Shown here: positions 1-12,646 of the stretch, piece after piece
Numbering within the stretch: position 1 is the stretch's first letter
Layout: each line of letters begins with the position of its first letter
Origin: Centroscyllium fabricii
Taxonomy: Eukaryota
Assembly: GCA_051313645.2 (NCBI GenBank)
Contig: JBNRSN020000006.1
Span: 50,468,001-50,532,000, forward strand
Length of the DNA: 64,000 bases
Direction: 5' to 3'
The notes under the pieces: model-generated
Database searches by the model: none
Told to the model about the DNA's origin: nothing
The model's input: the letters and a program-made list of their open reading frames with translations, nothing else
Made by a program: the position numbers and the translations under genes

Positions 1-84
1 CATCCTCTTCAGAGCCGACCCCCCCTCCGAGTGTTTCTATGACAAGAATATTTTTTTCCTCTCAGATTTTGACAAGTAAAAAAA

Positions 85-500
85 TAAAGAACTTGGATTT
101 CTATAGTGCCTTTCACAACCTCAGGATGTGCCAAAGTGCTCCACAACCAATTAAATACTTTTGAAGGGTAATGTAGCAGCCAATTTGCACACAGCAAGTC
201 CCACAAACAGCAATGAGATAATGACCAGGTAATCTGTTGAGGGACAAATATTGACCAGGACACCAGGAGAACTCCCCTGCTCTTCTTCGAAATAGTGCCA
301 TTGGATCTTTTACATCCACCTGAGAGAGCAGACGGGGCCTCAGTTTAATATCTCACCCGAAAGACGGCGTCTCCGATAGTGCAGCACTCCCTCAGTACTG
401 CAGTGAAGTGTCAGCCTAGAGTTTGTGATCAAGTCTCTTCTGGAGAGGTATTTGAATCCACGACCTTCTGACTCAGAGGTGCTGCCATTGAGCCCCGGCT
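85..500 (-). mobile_element. DeuSINE-type (SacSINE1/AmnSINE1-like) SINE
   Basis: The minus strand has a tRNA-like head with a B-box remnant (GGATTCAAATACC, ~450-460), a central block resembling the Deu domain (plus strand CTTTTACATCCACCTGAGAG...GTTTAATATCTCACCCGAAAGACGGC...GTGCAGCACTCCCTCAGTACTGC) and an L2-like 3' end (AAGGCACTATAGAAAT). Recognised from memory. Confidence 0.7.
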
Positions 501-1245
501 GATTTTTAGTTAAAGCAACTTCTCAGTTTGCAAGCCTCTTTTTGCAAGATGACACAGCCACTTTAATGTAGGGCTGTGATTGGGGTGGCTGAACTTCAAT
601 TAATGCGAGTTATGTTACAGCATGTGGTGATATTTCCTTTGTGAGTTTTCATATCTACAGTCAGTAACAAACACCACTGACTTCAGCAGTGCACAGTGCT
701 GACCCAGTTATTGACTCACAATGGTTGCTGTGCGGTTGCAGGGACATCAAGAACTCATAAAACATTGCACATTTTATCCAAATATTAGATACCAATCATG
801 TCTCACTCCACCCTGGGTGGACCCCCTATACAACACCTTTCTACTTTTCCATTGTGTTTGAGAGTCTCGCCCCAACTAGTTTTAAATGTTTGCTTTCATT
901 TTGGTATTTGCTAAGATGTTGAACTACATCTCGCATACACAATATTAATCTCACACACGATGCAATACTGCAAAGCTAAAGGCAAATGTAGATAGTATAT
1001 TGTTATCCAAATCTAAATATTGATTGAAGGTTTTTTTTAAATTAGACCTTTAACTGTTCACTGTCAATTTTTTTGGCTTCATTCCCACTTCAAATTTGTT
1101 TATCTAAATGGTCTGAGAGTTTTTTAGAGATTCTATGAAATGTTTAAAGGATAAGTTAATTGCAGATCATGTACATGTACATGCAGTATGTGCTTTTTAA
1201 AAATTTGTCAATCTAAGAACTTGAGCAATTTATGACACTTTTCCA

Positions 1246-2490
1246 TTTTTTTTTTACTCATTGATGGGATGTGGGCGTCGCTGGCTGGCTAGGCCTGCAT
1301 TTAGTGCCCATCCCTAATTGCCCTTGAGAAGATGGTGGTGAGCCACCTTCTTGAACCGCTGCAGTCCATATGGTGTAGGTACACCCACAATGTTGTTAGG
1401 AAGGGAGTTCCAGGATTTTGGCCCAGCGACAGTGAAGGAGCGGCGATACAGGTCCAAGTCAGGATGGTGTGTGGCTTGGAGGGGAACTTGTAGGTGGTGC
1501 TGTTCCCATGCATCTGCTGCCCTTGTCCTTCGAAGTGGTAGAGGTCACGGGTTTGGAAGGTGCTGTTGAAGGAGCTTTGGCGAGTTGCTGCAGTGCATCT
1601 TGTAGCTGGTACACACTGCAGCCACATTGCGCCAGTGGTGGAGGGAGTGAATGTTGAAGGTGGTGGATGGAGTGCCAATCAAGCGGCCTGCTTTATCCTG
1701 AATGGTGTCGAGCTTCTTGAGTGTTGTTGGAGCTGCACTCATCCAGGCAAGTGGAGAGTATTCCATCACACTCCTGACTTGTGCCTTGTAGATGGTGGAA
1801 AGGCTTTGGGGAGTCAGGAGGTGAGACACTCGCCACAGAATTCCCAGCCTCTGGCCTGCTCTTGTAGCCACAGTATTTATATGGCTGGTCCAGTTCAGTT
1901 TCCGATCAATGGTAACCCCCAGGATGTTGATAGTGGGGGATTCAGCGATGATAATGCCATTGAATGTCAAGGGGAGATGGTTAGAGTCTCGATTGTTGGA
2001 GATGGTCATTGCCTGGCACTTGTGTGGTGCAAATGTTACTTGCCACTTGTCAGCCCAAGTCTGAATGTTGTCCAGGTCTTGCTGCATATGGACATGGACT
2101 GCGTCAGTATCTGACGAGTCTCGAATGGTGCTGAACAGTGTGCAATCATCAGCAAACATCCCCACTTCTGACCTTATGATGGAGGGAAGGTCATTGATGA
2201 AACAGCTGAAGATGGTTGGGCCTAGGACACTGCCCTGAGGAACTCTTGCAGTGATGTCCTGTGGTTGAGATGAATGACCTCCAACAACCACAGCCAACTT
2301 CCTTTGTGCTAGGTATGATTCCAACCAATGGAGAGTTTTCCCTTTGATTCCCATTGACTTCAGCTTTGCCAGGGCTCCTTGATGCCACACTCGATCAAAT
2401 GCTGCCTTGATGTCAAGGGCAGTCACTCTCACCTCACCTCTTGAGTTCAGCTCTTTTGTCCATGTTTGGACCAAGGCTGTAATGAGGTCA
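1246..2490 (-). mobile_element. 5'-truncated non-LTR retrotransposon (CR1/L2/Jockey-group LINE)
   Basis: RT ORF 1545-2474 (LDIKAAFDRVWH, PQGSVLGP, MFADD), a short 3' UTR and an A-tail (T-run at ~1246-1256). Near-identical to the copy at 27183-29045. Confidence 0.9.
1545..2474 (-). CDS. LINE reverse transcriptase, C-terminal portion (TE-encoded, truncated)
   Basis: Non-LTR RT motifs DIKAAFDRV, VPQGSVLGP, FADD, LGVTID, VRSVMEY. Confidence 0.8.
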   Translation of the reverse strand: MVQTWTKELNSRGEVRVTALDIKAAFDRVWHQGALAKLKSMGIKGKTLHWLESYLAQRKLAVVVGGHSSQPQDITARVPQGSVLGPTIFSCFINDLPSIIRSEVGMFADDCTLFSTIRDSSDTDAVHVHMQQDLDNIQTWADKWQVTFAPHKCQAMTISNNRDSNHLPLTFNGIIIAESPTINILGVTIDRKLNWTSHINTVATRAGQRLGILWRVSHLLTPQSLSTIYKAQVRSVMEYSPLAWMSAAPTTLKKLDTIQDKAGRLIGTPSTTFNIHSLHHWRNVAAVCTSYKMHCSNSPKLLQQHLPNP

Positions 2491-3785
2491 TTAGCACTTG
2501 TTTAGCTTGAGATGTGGGAGGACAATGTTTCCATGTCCCTTTGCTGTGCTTACTTTGCTAAAAAGAGATTCCTTTACTTCAATGGCAGAATCATAAGTGT
2601 AAAAAAAGTGCTTTGACCAAGTGTGTATTTGGTGTAGCAAGGGTTAAATACAGTTCAAAATGCCCTTCCCCATATATGTCTTTGACAATGTACCTCAGTC
2701 CAACCTCAGAAAATACCCACCACTCACTGCGCCAATGTGACCCTTTTGATTTCTAATAGAAGATTTTCATCTACTAATTCGTGCACATGTGGTTCACTGA
2801 AATTTTGCCATCCCACACTTCTTGCCCACAGTTGGCAGAATGGCTTTCCGTATTTTAGCTAAATGTGTGAAGAAGTGTATAGCAAAAGTGCTTTCAGAGC
2901 TGTGGAGCTGACACAGATAAGAAGAGCCACTGTTTTGTCTATCACCACACTATGAAGAAATGCTGATGGAAGCCTTGCCCTTCCAAGGATCATAACAGCA
3001 AGCTTGCAGCTCCGACCACAGAGCTCAAGGTGCATGGAGAGATTCAAGGAAGTTCGCTTTTACTTGCTAACCACAGGCCTCCCTTCCTGACCACCGTGGT
3101 TAGAGATTCCAAGAAAAGGAAGTAGGAGACCCTTGGATAAAGGATCCCTCCCAGTCAGTGTATTGTTACTAAACTGATCTGCACCCTTGGCAGTGCACTG
3201 ACCCGTGGTAAGATAGGCAGTGACCTTTCATAGACAGTTTTTTAAAACTGATAAGAAACTCTCAGTCTCCACTCACTTCAGTATTTTTATGATGCTTCTG
3301 AACCACTTGCAATGGGGTGTCTGGATCACCTCCTGTATGAATCTGTTTAATAACCTTTTGTTGTTAGGAATTTTGTTTGCAAGCCAGAAATGTCCATTGA
3401 CAAGCTTCCAGCATGTGATGATGTTGCTGCTGACAGAGTGGCCTTGCCTGTATAATTAAAACCTGCTAATTGGGACAGTCTGATAAAACCTAAAATCCAG
3501 GGACTCCAATAGATGATCCCATAATTCTAATTATTTTCTATACTGATTTTTAACAATGCTGAGCAAGAAATACCTTTAAAGAAATTCCTCCATGTGCCTA
3601 TTAATTAGCAAGGAATATTAACATCTTCTTTGAAGTTTCTGCTTTTGAACCTGGAATCTGAAAATATCAAATAAGATGATCCAATTAAACAGAGTAAAAC
3701 CAAAATGGAACCAAGGTACATTAAACAAGGCGATACCATGGTCACTATAGTAATATATGTTAATCATAAAAATCACAATCTATTC

Positions 3786-4456
3786 AACAACAACAACTTG
3801 TATTTATGTGGTGCCTTTAACGTAGTAAAACGTCCCAAGGTGCTTCACAAGAGTATTATAAGACAAATAATTTGACACCGAGCCATATAAGGATGAATTA
3901 GGGCAGATGACCAAAAGCTTGTTCAAAGAGGTAAGTTTTAAGGAGCGTCTTAAAGGAGGAAAGAGAGGTAGAGAGGCAGAAAGGCTTAGGGGGGAATTCC
4001 AGAGCTTAAGGCCTAGGCATCAGAAGGCACAGCCACCAATGGTTGAGCGATTATAATCAGGGATGCTCAAGAAGGCAGAATTAGAGGACCGCCGATATCT
4101 CGGGGGGTTGTGGGGCTGGAGGAGATTACAGAGATAGGAAGGCGAGGCCATGGAGGGATTTGGAAACAAGGATGAGAATTTTGAAATCGAGGCGCTGCTT
4201 AACCGGGAGCCAATCTAGGTCAGCGAGCACAGGGATGATGGGTGAACGTGATGTGGTGCGAGGTAGGGCACAGACAGCTGAGTTTTGGATGACCTCAAGT
4301 TTATGTAGGGTACAATGTGGGAGAGGCCCGTCAGGAGAGCATTGGAATAGTCAAGTCTAGAGATAACAAAGGCATGGATGAGCGTTTCAGCAGCGGATGA
4401 GCTAAGGCCGGGTGGAGACAGGCAATGTTACGGAGGTAGAAATAGGTGGTCTTAGT
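3786..4456 (-). mobile_element. L2-type LINE 3' fragment
   Basis: (CAA)n tail and L2 terminal motif (minus strand GGCACCACATAAATACAAGTTGTTG). Reverse-complement homology to 44530-45040. Confidence 0.75.
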
Positions 4457-6169
4457 TATTATTCAATCATCATCAATATTAAACAGGCTGTCAGAGCACC
4501 AACGTTACCAGTAACAATCATACTTGATCTAGTTCTTGGAAATACAAAGTTCTTCATGACATGGTGTGTTACATCCGATAAACACTCAAATTGATGCAGT
4601 AATGTAATGGCTGCTTTTATTTCAGACTCTCTGGAACATTCTCTCTGGATATGATGCATTATGAGATGAGACCCTGGAGTGTAGATGCTACAGTCTGCTT
4701 GATCCCATCAGAGGGCCTTCTAGCATTCAATTAACAATATGCATACGCAATATATACTGTTGTGCAGTAATACCAGAGATAGCGTCCCTTCATGAGCGAC
4801 TGCAAGGTTCAGTAAAGTGTTATTTACAATTGCGTGAAAGCAGTTAATAAAGAGACTTCTTTATATGGGGAACTTTCTCAGGGGACAGAAGAGCTCTCTC
4901 ACCAGCTGCTCGGGAAGCATCTTACTTTTCATGTTTGGTTGAGTTGAAAAGCAAAGCAACCTTTACCCTGCACCACTAATCGGTTCACTGCTTCTCTCTG
5001 AGCCTCTCTGAGGCTATAACAGCCTTGCCCCTCATAATCTATACATACATATCCAAAGTGCATTTTTTTGCCTTTTGGGAATTCTTTCTTCTGGCTCAAG
5101 TTGAAACAGCTATTTTGACAAGTGACAAATGAAGTTAAATAAGGAAGCTTTAATTCATAGATAATGAAAACACTGTCTGAAATACCAATTGAATTTTCTT
5201 TCTCTCACCCACTTTTCTCTATCAATTTTGACCTTGTTCCCCTTCCTCTGAAAGCATTAACTATTTGCTCAGGTTAGGTCCTAACGTTGTCAGCAACCCT
5301 CTGTTACTTTGCCCAAGCGACCATTATTCATGTGTGAAACTTGTCTGTAAGTCTTGGCAGGCCGTCCAACTATTGGGGCCCGATCCTGCCCTTGGCCTGA
5401 CGCCCATTGCATGCCCTTACAGCAGAGGTTGCTGGATAGTCATCAGGAACAGGAATCCTGTCTAACTCAGTGCTGCTGAGACAAATGTTAGTGCCCCTAC
5501 TGCTGCCCCAGCTAAGATCAGGCAATTGATTGCCAATGTGTTTAACTCAATATGAAGGGTCCTGAGAACAACCTGTCTTATGGGTCAGATCCATTTCCAC
5601 CCAAGCATCCCAGTTAGCTGGCTTCCACGGCAGTTAACCTTTACCATTACACGAGCTCCAATTGTACCAGTTTGAAACAGAACCATCAGTCAATGGAGTT
5701 GATGACAGTAAAAGTGCAAAGAAATTTTGTTTAACATTTTTCTTCCCCAGCTTTCTCCAGTCATTAATTGAAGCCTCTGACTAATGCTGAAATATGGGCC
5801 TAAAAATTTCAGGACGCTGGAAACCTGCTGGTGCCACCGCGGGCCGCAGTTAACGGTCGCCAAAATTAATAGCGCTGGCAGCACCAGTATATTGGCGCTG
5901 CTTGCTAATTGTCAAAAGCGCAGCGCAAAACTTACTGTCCAAGGCCGTTTTTTGGGCGGTCGTCTCAGCAAGAGGCCCCAATGTAGCCTGGCCATAGGGT
6001 TATTGGAACAAGAACAGCTTTCCCTTAAAGCAAGGCTGTCATTTCAGAAAGCATTGTCAGTCCCTTAAGGGGAACTGCCTTCTAAAATGAAAAAAATAAA
6101 AATTATTTTAAAATAGGCAGTTTTTCACCCTTAGGGCTTAACTGCCTTCTGAAAAAAAAAATACAGGTA

Positions 6170-6873
6170 CAGGTTGCGCACCGGAAATCCGGCACGGGCG
6201 GGACCAGGCCCGTGCCGGGAAAGTGAAAAAACCGGCAGAATGAAGTCGGTCAGTGCGCATGCGCGCACCATGCAAAATGGGCACGCGCATGCGCACAACA
6301 TTGGAAATGGCCGCCGAACGATGCAGGAAAAGTCCAAAAGAGGGGGGCTGTGTGGGGCCATGTGTATGTGCGGATTGGTGCAGGGGGAGGGGAGCTATTT
6401 TGAGAGTGAGTGCTCACTGGATGTGCTAGTACTGCCGAGACACGAGCCGGAGCTGTTCACTCACTCAGCCAGCCGCTCATCCACTGACTCCAGCAGCAGC
6501 AAAGCCGGGTAAGGAACTCCGCTCAACATTCCCATTCACAGCTCCCGCACAGGGCCAGCCTGCTCGCCGGGAACCGTGCGCTTCCAGTTGTTTTATTTTC
6601 GCCCTGACGCCACGGAAGGCCCGGCGGCCGTTTTGAATGATCTGTGCATGCGCTAGCCGTCCGGCGACGCATGCGCAGATCATTCAAAACACCCGGCAGT
6701 CGTTTTGAATGATCTGCACATGCGCTCGCTGTTCGGCGGCGCATGCGCAGATCATTCACCGAAGCTGCGATCGCGGCTGCCATCTTGCGCATGCGCAGTG
6801 CAGTCGGGGCAATTTGTTCCGGCTGACTGAAGCTGCCAGCGTTTCGGGTCACGGATTTTCGGTGCACAACCTG
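6170..6873. mobile_element. pogo/Tigger-type (Tc1/mariner superfamily) MITE nested in the Harbinger element
   Basis: TA TSD (6168-6169, 6874-6875). 22-bp TIRs CAGGTTGCGCACCGGAAATCCG / CGGATTTTCGGTGCACAACCTG (2 mismatches). Confidence 0.85.
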
Positions 6874-6970
6874 TATTTAAAAAAATTACCAAATGGGAAT
6901 CTTCAGCTCTTAACACTGAATTGCCTTCCGTACCTAAAAAAATGGTAAAAGTGCTTCAGCACGAACACAA

Positions 6971-7673
6971 ATGGCTCAACAAGCCAGGGAAGGGGCACCC
7001 AGGGTCTTGCACGCAGCACTCCAGCTTTGTGCAGGGGGTCAACACTCCAAGAGAGGTCCTCTACCCACAAGGGCCAGAAGACCCTCCATAAAGAAGGATG
7101 TGGGACCAAATCACCAAAGCCCCAATGACCAGCTTCTAGTGTCCAAAGAGGCTTCATGATCTCAGACCAGTAGTTAAAGTCAGTGAATGCATCTTCAAAA
7201 GCCGTCTCCTACCAACTGCACCACTAGCCTCACACACTGCTCAATGCACAACAACACCCCCCCCCCCACCCCACCGATTGCTCACTTACCAACAATCTGT
7301 ACCAAACACGAGGCACATCTCCCATTCCTGGCTTCACCTCACCTCTTTGGAGGAGATGGTGCTGGCCATTATTGGCAGGGGCATGGCTGAGCCCTTGGCT
7401 AGCGAAGGGTCTGAAAGGATACAAGATGCTGGTGTCCTCATACTTTATCCTCCTTCTCACATGTCCCTCTTGCTTTCCTCCCCTCCCCTCATCACAACTC
7501 CACCCTTCCTCATTTTACAAACCCAAGAAATGCAGCCTGCCCAGCCAGTGGTTGGCCAGGAAGAGGGAGAGGAGAGTGAAGAAGACGAAGAAACACTGTC
7601 ACTAGATTTCACAAACCCAGCCGCCAGCTCCTCAAGGTCGACCGGCAAATCCATCTTCAGTGCCCTCCACTGA
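6971..7673 (+). pseudogene. Harbinger-associated Myb/SANT-like (NAIF1/MSANTD-like) DNA-binding gene remnant
   Basis: MAQQAREGAPR..., frameshifted REVLYP...MWDQI...KRLHDL, then LTSLEEMVLAIIG and an acidic tract. Lies inside Harbinger TIRs. Confidence 0.6.
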
Positions 7674-8029
7674 AAGTCAGCAGCCTTCCACCAGCCATGC
7701 TGCAACCACTGAGGTAGCACTGCATGACATGAGTAGGACAGGCAAAGGCACACACAAGACAGTCACTAAGGGAACGCATAAGGGTAATGAGTTGATTTAT
7801 TGATGTCATATTGGATGGATAGATGTTTAAAGTTGGATTGGAAAGTTTGCTTTGTGGTGGCTTTTATTTCAGCAATGTGGTCAAGAGGACGCTGTGATGG
7901 TCAGTAACAGAGGGTAGGTAAGGTGTGGGACAAATGTTGAAAGGGGAATTGGGGTTGTGGTCACTGGTACTGCAGGCGGATGATTCCATCCTGGATATCT
8001 CGGCCAGAAAGGGGCTGTCTGGGTTGCAT

Positions 8030-8131
8030 CCTTCTCTTCTGCTTCCTCCTCTTCAGCGTCTTCCTCTTTTGCATCTTCCTCTTCTGCATCTTCCTCTTCT
8101 GCATCTTCCTCTTCTGCATCTTCCTCTTCTC
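8030..8131. repeat. 15-bp tandem repeat (CTTCCTCTTCTGCAT)n
   Basis: About 5-6 visible units. Confidence 0.9.
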
Positions 8132-8140
8132 TCTGCGAGC

Positions 8141-8272
8141 AGATGCTGGAAATCTAAAATAAAAGCAGAAATTGCTGGAAATACTCACTAGTTCAGGCAG
8201 CATCTCAACCTGAGATATGAATTCTGTTTCTCTCTCCACAGATGGTGCCTGACCTGCTGCATTTTCTGTCTT
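8141..8272. mobile_element. Eroded fold-back remnant, probably Penelope-like pseudo-LTR derived
   Basis: Inverted ends CAGAAATTGCTGG...TCAGGCAGCATCT / AGATGGTGCCTGACCTGCTGCATTTTCTG. Resembles a common shark repeat; centre deleted. Confidence 0.4.
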
Positions 8273-8962
8273 CTCAAATGCCTTCCTCTACCATCTGAGG
8301 CCTTGCCAGTGTCCAGCAGCACACCCTGCACACCTTGCACACTTTAACAACTTTTAACATGTATTGCACCAAGCCACTACAACAATAAAATATAAAAAAT
8401 TCAGTCCAAAAGCTTCAAAGTAAATTTACCTGAAAGATGCGTGTGACCCTTTAAGAGGTGCTGACAGCATCCCTGTCAGTCTGCTTGCATATTTGTTTTT
8501 CGGAGTGAGCTTACAACTGAATGCTAAACTCAGTGCAAAGGTCCAAGTTCTCAGAGAGGCTTCCAGTCAGCGTTGCACGACGGCTGTCGTCACACTCTCC
8601 AGAATTGCATGTCCAGGGCCAGCGTTGCTAACGGCAACACTATGGCCCTCACCGAAATGGTGGCCACGAGTCCCACGCCAGAGGCGGGAGGATGAGTGAC
8701 AACCACCATTTTTTTCAGGATTCTGCCGGTAACGGGTGGCGGTAAGTAGCCCAATTTATAGGCCATGGATCCATGGGTGTCAACAGCCTTTTAGTATCTC
8801 ATATCAGTGACCATTCTTCATGTTTGAATGCAGACAGTGAATGGAGGGAAGGGATCAGAAATAACTTTTGAACAAAAAATGCTCGTGAAAGGGTGAAATA
8901 ATTTCTGGATAACGCGGTTTATATTTTTTCAGCAAACAGATATTCCAACTTTTAAAGACAAA

Positions 8963-9090
8963 GGGGGAGAAATTTGGTGGCTTGCGCCTGCCGTTCGCAT
9001 TACAACCGAATATCAGCGGGAACAGCGCCAGCGATAGGCGGGCGCTTAAAGTAGCACACCGCCAAGGTTAACGCCACTGAATTTTTCCCC
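8963..9090. mobile_element. Short Harbinger-type MITE (internally deleted member of the 12647/18024 family)
   Basis: TIRs GGGGGAGAAATT / AATTTTTCCCCC; both ends are homologous to the 12647-13400 element. Confidence 0.7.
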
Positions 9091-9093
9091 CTT

Positions 9094-9514
9094 TACATAG
9101 AAACATAGAAACATAGAAACATAGAAGATAGGAGCAGGAGTAGGCCATTCGGCCCTTCGAGCCTGCTCCGCCATTCAATGAGATCATGGCTGATCATCCA
9201 AACCCAGCACCCCGTCCCTGCCCTCTCCCCATATCCCTCAATCCCTATCGAGCCTGCACCGACACATATCCCACCCTATCCCCGTAACCCCACAAATTTA
9301 ATCCTCCTAACACTAAGGGTCAATTTATCATGGCCAATCAACCTAACCCGCACATCTTTGGACTGTGGGAGGAAACCGGAGCACCCAGAGGAAACCCACG
9401 CAGACACGGGGAGAATGTGCAAACTCCACACAGATAGTACCCGAGGCTGGATTTGAACCCGGGTCTCTAGTGCTGTGAGGCAACAGTGCTAACCACTATG
9501 CCACCGTGCCGCCC
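9094..9514 (-). mobile_element. HE1-like tRNA-derived V-SINE with CR1 3' tail
   Basis: Minus-strand A box TGGCATAGTGG, B box GGTTCAAATCC, V-domain TGTGTGGAGTTTGCACATTCTCCCCGTGTCTGCGTGGGTTTCC, CR1 tail and (TTCTATGT)n microsatellite. Confidence 0.9.
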
Positions 9515-9583
9515 ATTTTCCTTTGATTACACCTTTGTGAAGCACTTTCAGATGTTTTTCTATGTTAAAGGCACTACATAACT

Positions 9584-9733
9584 AGATAGATTTTTGGACT
9601 CTAGGGGAATCAAGGGGTATGGAGATCGGCCAGGAAAGTGGAGTTGAGGTCGATGATCAGCCATGATCTAAATTGAATGGCGGAGCAGGCTCGAGGGGCC
9701 ATATGGCCTACTCCTGCTCTTATTTCTTATGTT
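9584..9733 (+). mobile_element. CR1 LINE 3' end fragment
   Basis: GATCAGCCATGATC...GGCCTACTCCTGCTCTTATTTCTTATG CR1 terminus. Confidence 0.75.
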
Positions 9734-12646
9734 AATAAATACACATTATTGTTGCTGCTGCAGGTGTAAAGGTACTTCTGCCTGTTAGTCACTAAACCGC
9801 ATTAAGTCACCATCAAGACATTAATGCTTATGACCCCTTTACGATACAGGGGTGTCTGGCAGCAAGGGTGCGGTTGGTGGGATGCTATGTGGACAACGCA
9901 GCACCAATGCTATCCGAGGCACCAAAACCCCATGGTTGGGTGCCAGCAACAACAAAATGGGGGTAACTCCCACCCAAGGCATTTGCAGTAGGTGTACTGT
10001 CATGACTCTGGCTGTGAACAGGTTGACTTCGTTATAAGTCAGCTGTGCTCTTTCGCCATTACTGACATGCAAGGGCCTTCCCAGGCTACTGAGTGACCGT
10101 GCATGCGCATGCACAGTTGCCCCCATTGTGACTGAATCAGTTATGGAACGGCTTCCGCTAAAAGATGGCATGAAACCTCTGATCCACTGCTACTTACCAC
10201 CCATGGAAAGTTAAGCTATCGAATGGGGAGATTAGTTGAAGTTATTCAAATTTACTGCTCTATCAAGTGGAAATGAGGTGTTAACCCTTTAACGGGCTTC
10301 TTGGTGCATGTTTGTGAAACGCCATGGAGTTCTTATTTATTCAGCAGAATAATTGCTAAGAAATGGACCCTGTGATCTTTCTGCTTGTTCACAGGGAGGC
10401 TTAGCTCTCAGGAGAAACTATTCATCCTGCTCACAAGAGTGTAATAAGAAAAGGTTCAATTGGAAGAAAAAGGGTATTTCAGAATGCCTGCCCCATACAA
10501 GGCCATCATTCACATGCAGGTATCCCTCTTTGCTTTTTAAAATGATAAATGAAGTAGAAGACTACAGATAAAGGAAATAATGAATCTATTTTCAGTTCAC
10601 ATTCAATCTCTAATGCTCAACTATCCGAAGCATGCAGGCTGAATGATTAAACTTCCAGCTTTATTGGGGAGAAGCAGGAGAACAATGGTGATAGATTATA
10701 TGGGGGGAGGAGACATGTTTGTGCACGATGTGGAAGATCATTGTGGTATTAGAGGCCAATAACACTGTACAGACGTAAAAATTTCCTGTTTCATAAGGAT
10801 TCCTATGCTACACATTCAACAATTTCATAGCAACAAAAGGCTGACAAATTTACAAAGCAGTAACAAAGGCTTCAAGCCACAGCCATGGCTTCCTCCCATC
10901 ACCTTCCACAGATTCTAACAAAGAATGGTGAGAGTTTTGGGACAAATAATTATTTCGAAGGTTTTGTGCTAACGAGGCCAGGGACCAAGTGCCACATTAC
11001 AGCAGGGGTCTCGATCTGTACATAAATGCTGCATTAAGCTCCTGAATGAATGTAGTTCCCTTTAACTCTGCGTGCGCTTTTTTTCAAGTGCAATTTCAAA
11101 GGAAAATGCAGAAATTAGTGTTTAGAATATTAAAAGTAGTTATACTGGTGGCGTTCTCATTTTCTGTTCTGTTTCCATTGAAACCCTTTCCTACACTTAT
11201 AAAGTAAAACTCAAGTAATCAAGGTCTCCAAATTATTCTTTAACGAGCATACCTACCATTGAAAGTTATTTTCCACACCCAATATCTGCTCCCAAAGGTT
11301 CATTTTCAAATGTGTGAAATCAGCTAAATTGTAAGTAAAGGTTTACACGATATGATTAAAATTGGATCATTAACACTCTTTATCTGACTGCACGCATTTG
11401 TGATATTTTTACCTGGAAACATCCAGTGAAGCTTTCTGATTGGCTGAATGCGTTATCTTCAGACCAAGTTGAGAGTAGTTGGAGGGATGGTGGTGAGCTG
11501 GACTGTGGTTGTCGACACAATCACAAGATGCTCAAACATGTGACTGGACACCAACCTTCATTTTTCAGCACATCAGCAGCAGTGAAAATTTCCTCATTAT
11601 TACTTGAGCTGGGGAAACAACCTTTTAAAACTGGAAGGATTCTCTACTTGAAATCACCAGGCATCTGAGAATGAAAGAAATCGTGGAGTGATTTACCACT
11701 ACGCCCATAGTTCTGGATTCGTTGCCAATGCTTGAGGTAAATATCTGATCAGAGCAATTTTGATTCACAGTAGGGATAATTATGCATACATATAGAAAAT
11801 GTGTTAGATATGTTCAGTTTAAAATAGACGTGGTTGTTCAACACTATAGTGTTGCCCCAAAGGATTAAAAAATGAAAGAGGATGTGTTAGAATTACTGAA
11901 ACTAAAGACATTTTGCATAAGCAGTTGCTGTTTTATTGCCCTTAAAGACTATTCCCCACTGATATCAACCAGTAAAGGATGATTTGCTAATATGTGCCGA
12001 CTGTGTCACCAATCATAATTCTCTTTTTCTGTCTGAGGGTATAACACTAATAGATTTATTTAGCTTTATTCCTATAGGGACCTTAGATAGTACTTACATA
12101 CCACGCAGATCACATCTAAGGTTCTCACCCATATGGTTTATGGCCAGGGAATCTGATTTCAAAAGGTTTAGTCAGTACGTTCTTAGAGCATCTACCAATT
12201 CATCCATTGGGCAGCTGGTTACACCAGTACCAATTCAACCAAGTTGGCACATGTCACAATCAGCCCGAGAGGAGCATGCAGAGATTGAGGCGTGTTAGCC
12301 AGGGCTACGTGGCACCTCTGATGGGAAAATTATACAACTCTGGAGTCCGAAGATCGGTGTTGGGGCAGAGCCTGAGCCTCAGGTAAGTCAGACCTCAGCT
12401 TTTACTGGTTTACTCATAAAATGTAACCGCCTGATTGCCACAGCGAGCTTGTATAATACTTATTGCTTTCTAACTGCTAACTGGAAGCAAAGCTGATAAG
12501 GTAATTCCTTTATAAGAATATTTTCTCAGGAACCACTCCTTTACCAATATATTTTAAATCAATTCTGATGGATTTCTGTTTAACCGGACAACTTGAGAAA
12601 TTGGATGCTTTTTATCAATTGCTCCTGTTTCTTCTTAAAGAACACA

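Larger units (their letters stand above)
5797..8764 (+). mobile_element. Decayed non-autonomous PIF/Harbinger transposon
   Basis: TIRs GGCCTAAAAATT / AATTTATAGGCC with a 3-bp ATG TSD (5794-5796, 8765-8767). Contains Myb/SANT-like gene remnants on + and an acidic nuclease C-terminal remnant on - (~7960-8130). Confidence 0.75.

Noticed and set aside
7961-8239. ORF with KRKMQ repeats
   Set aside because: Artefact of a 15-bp tandem repeat within a decayed Harbinger.
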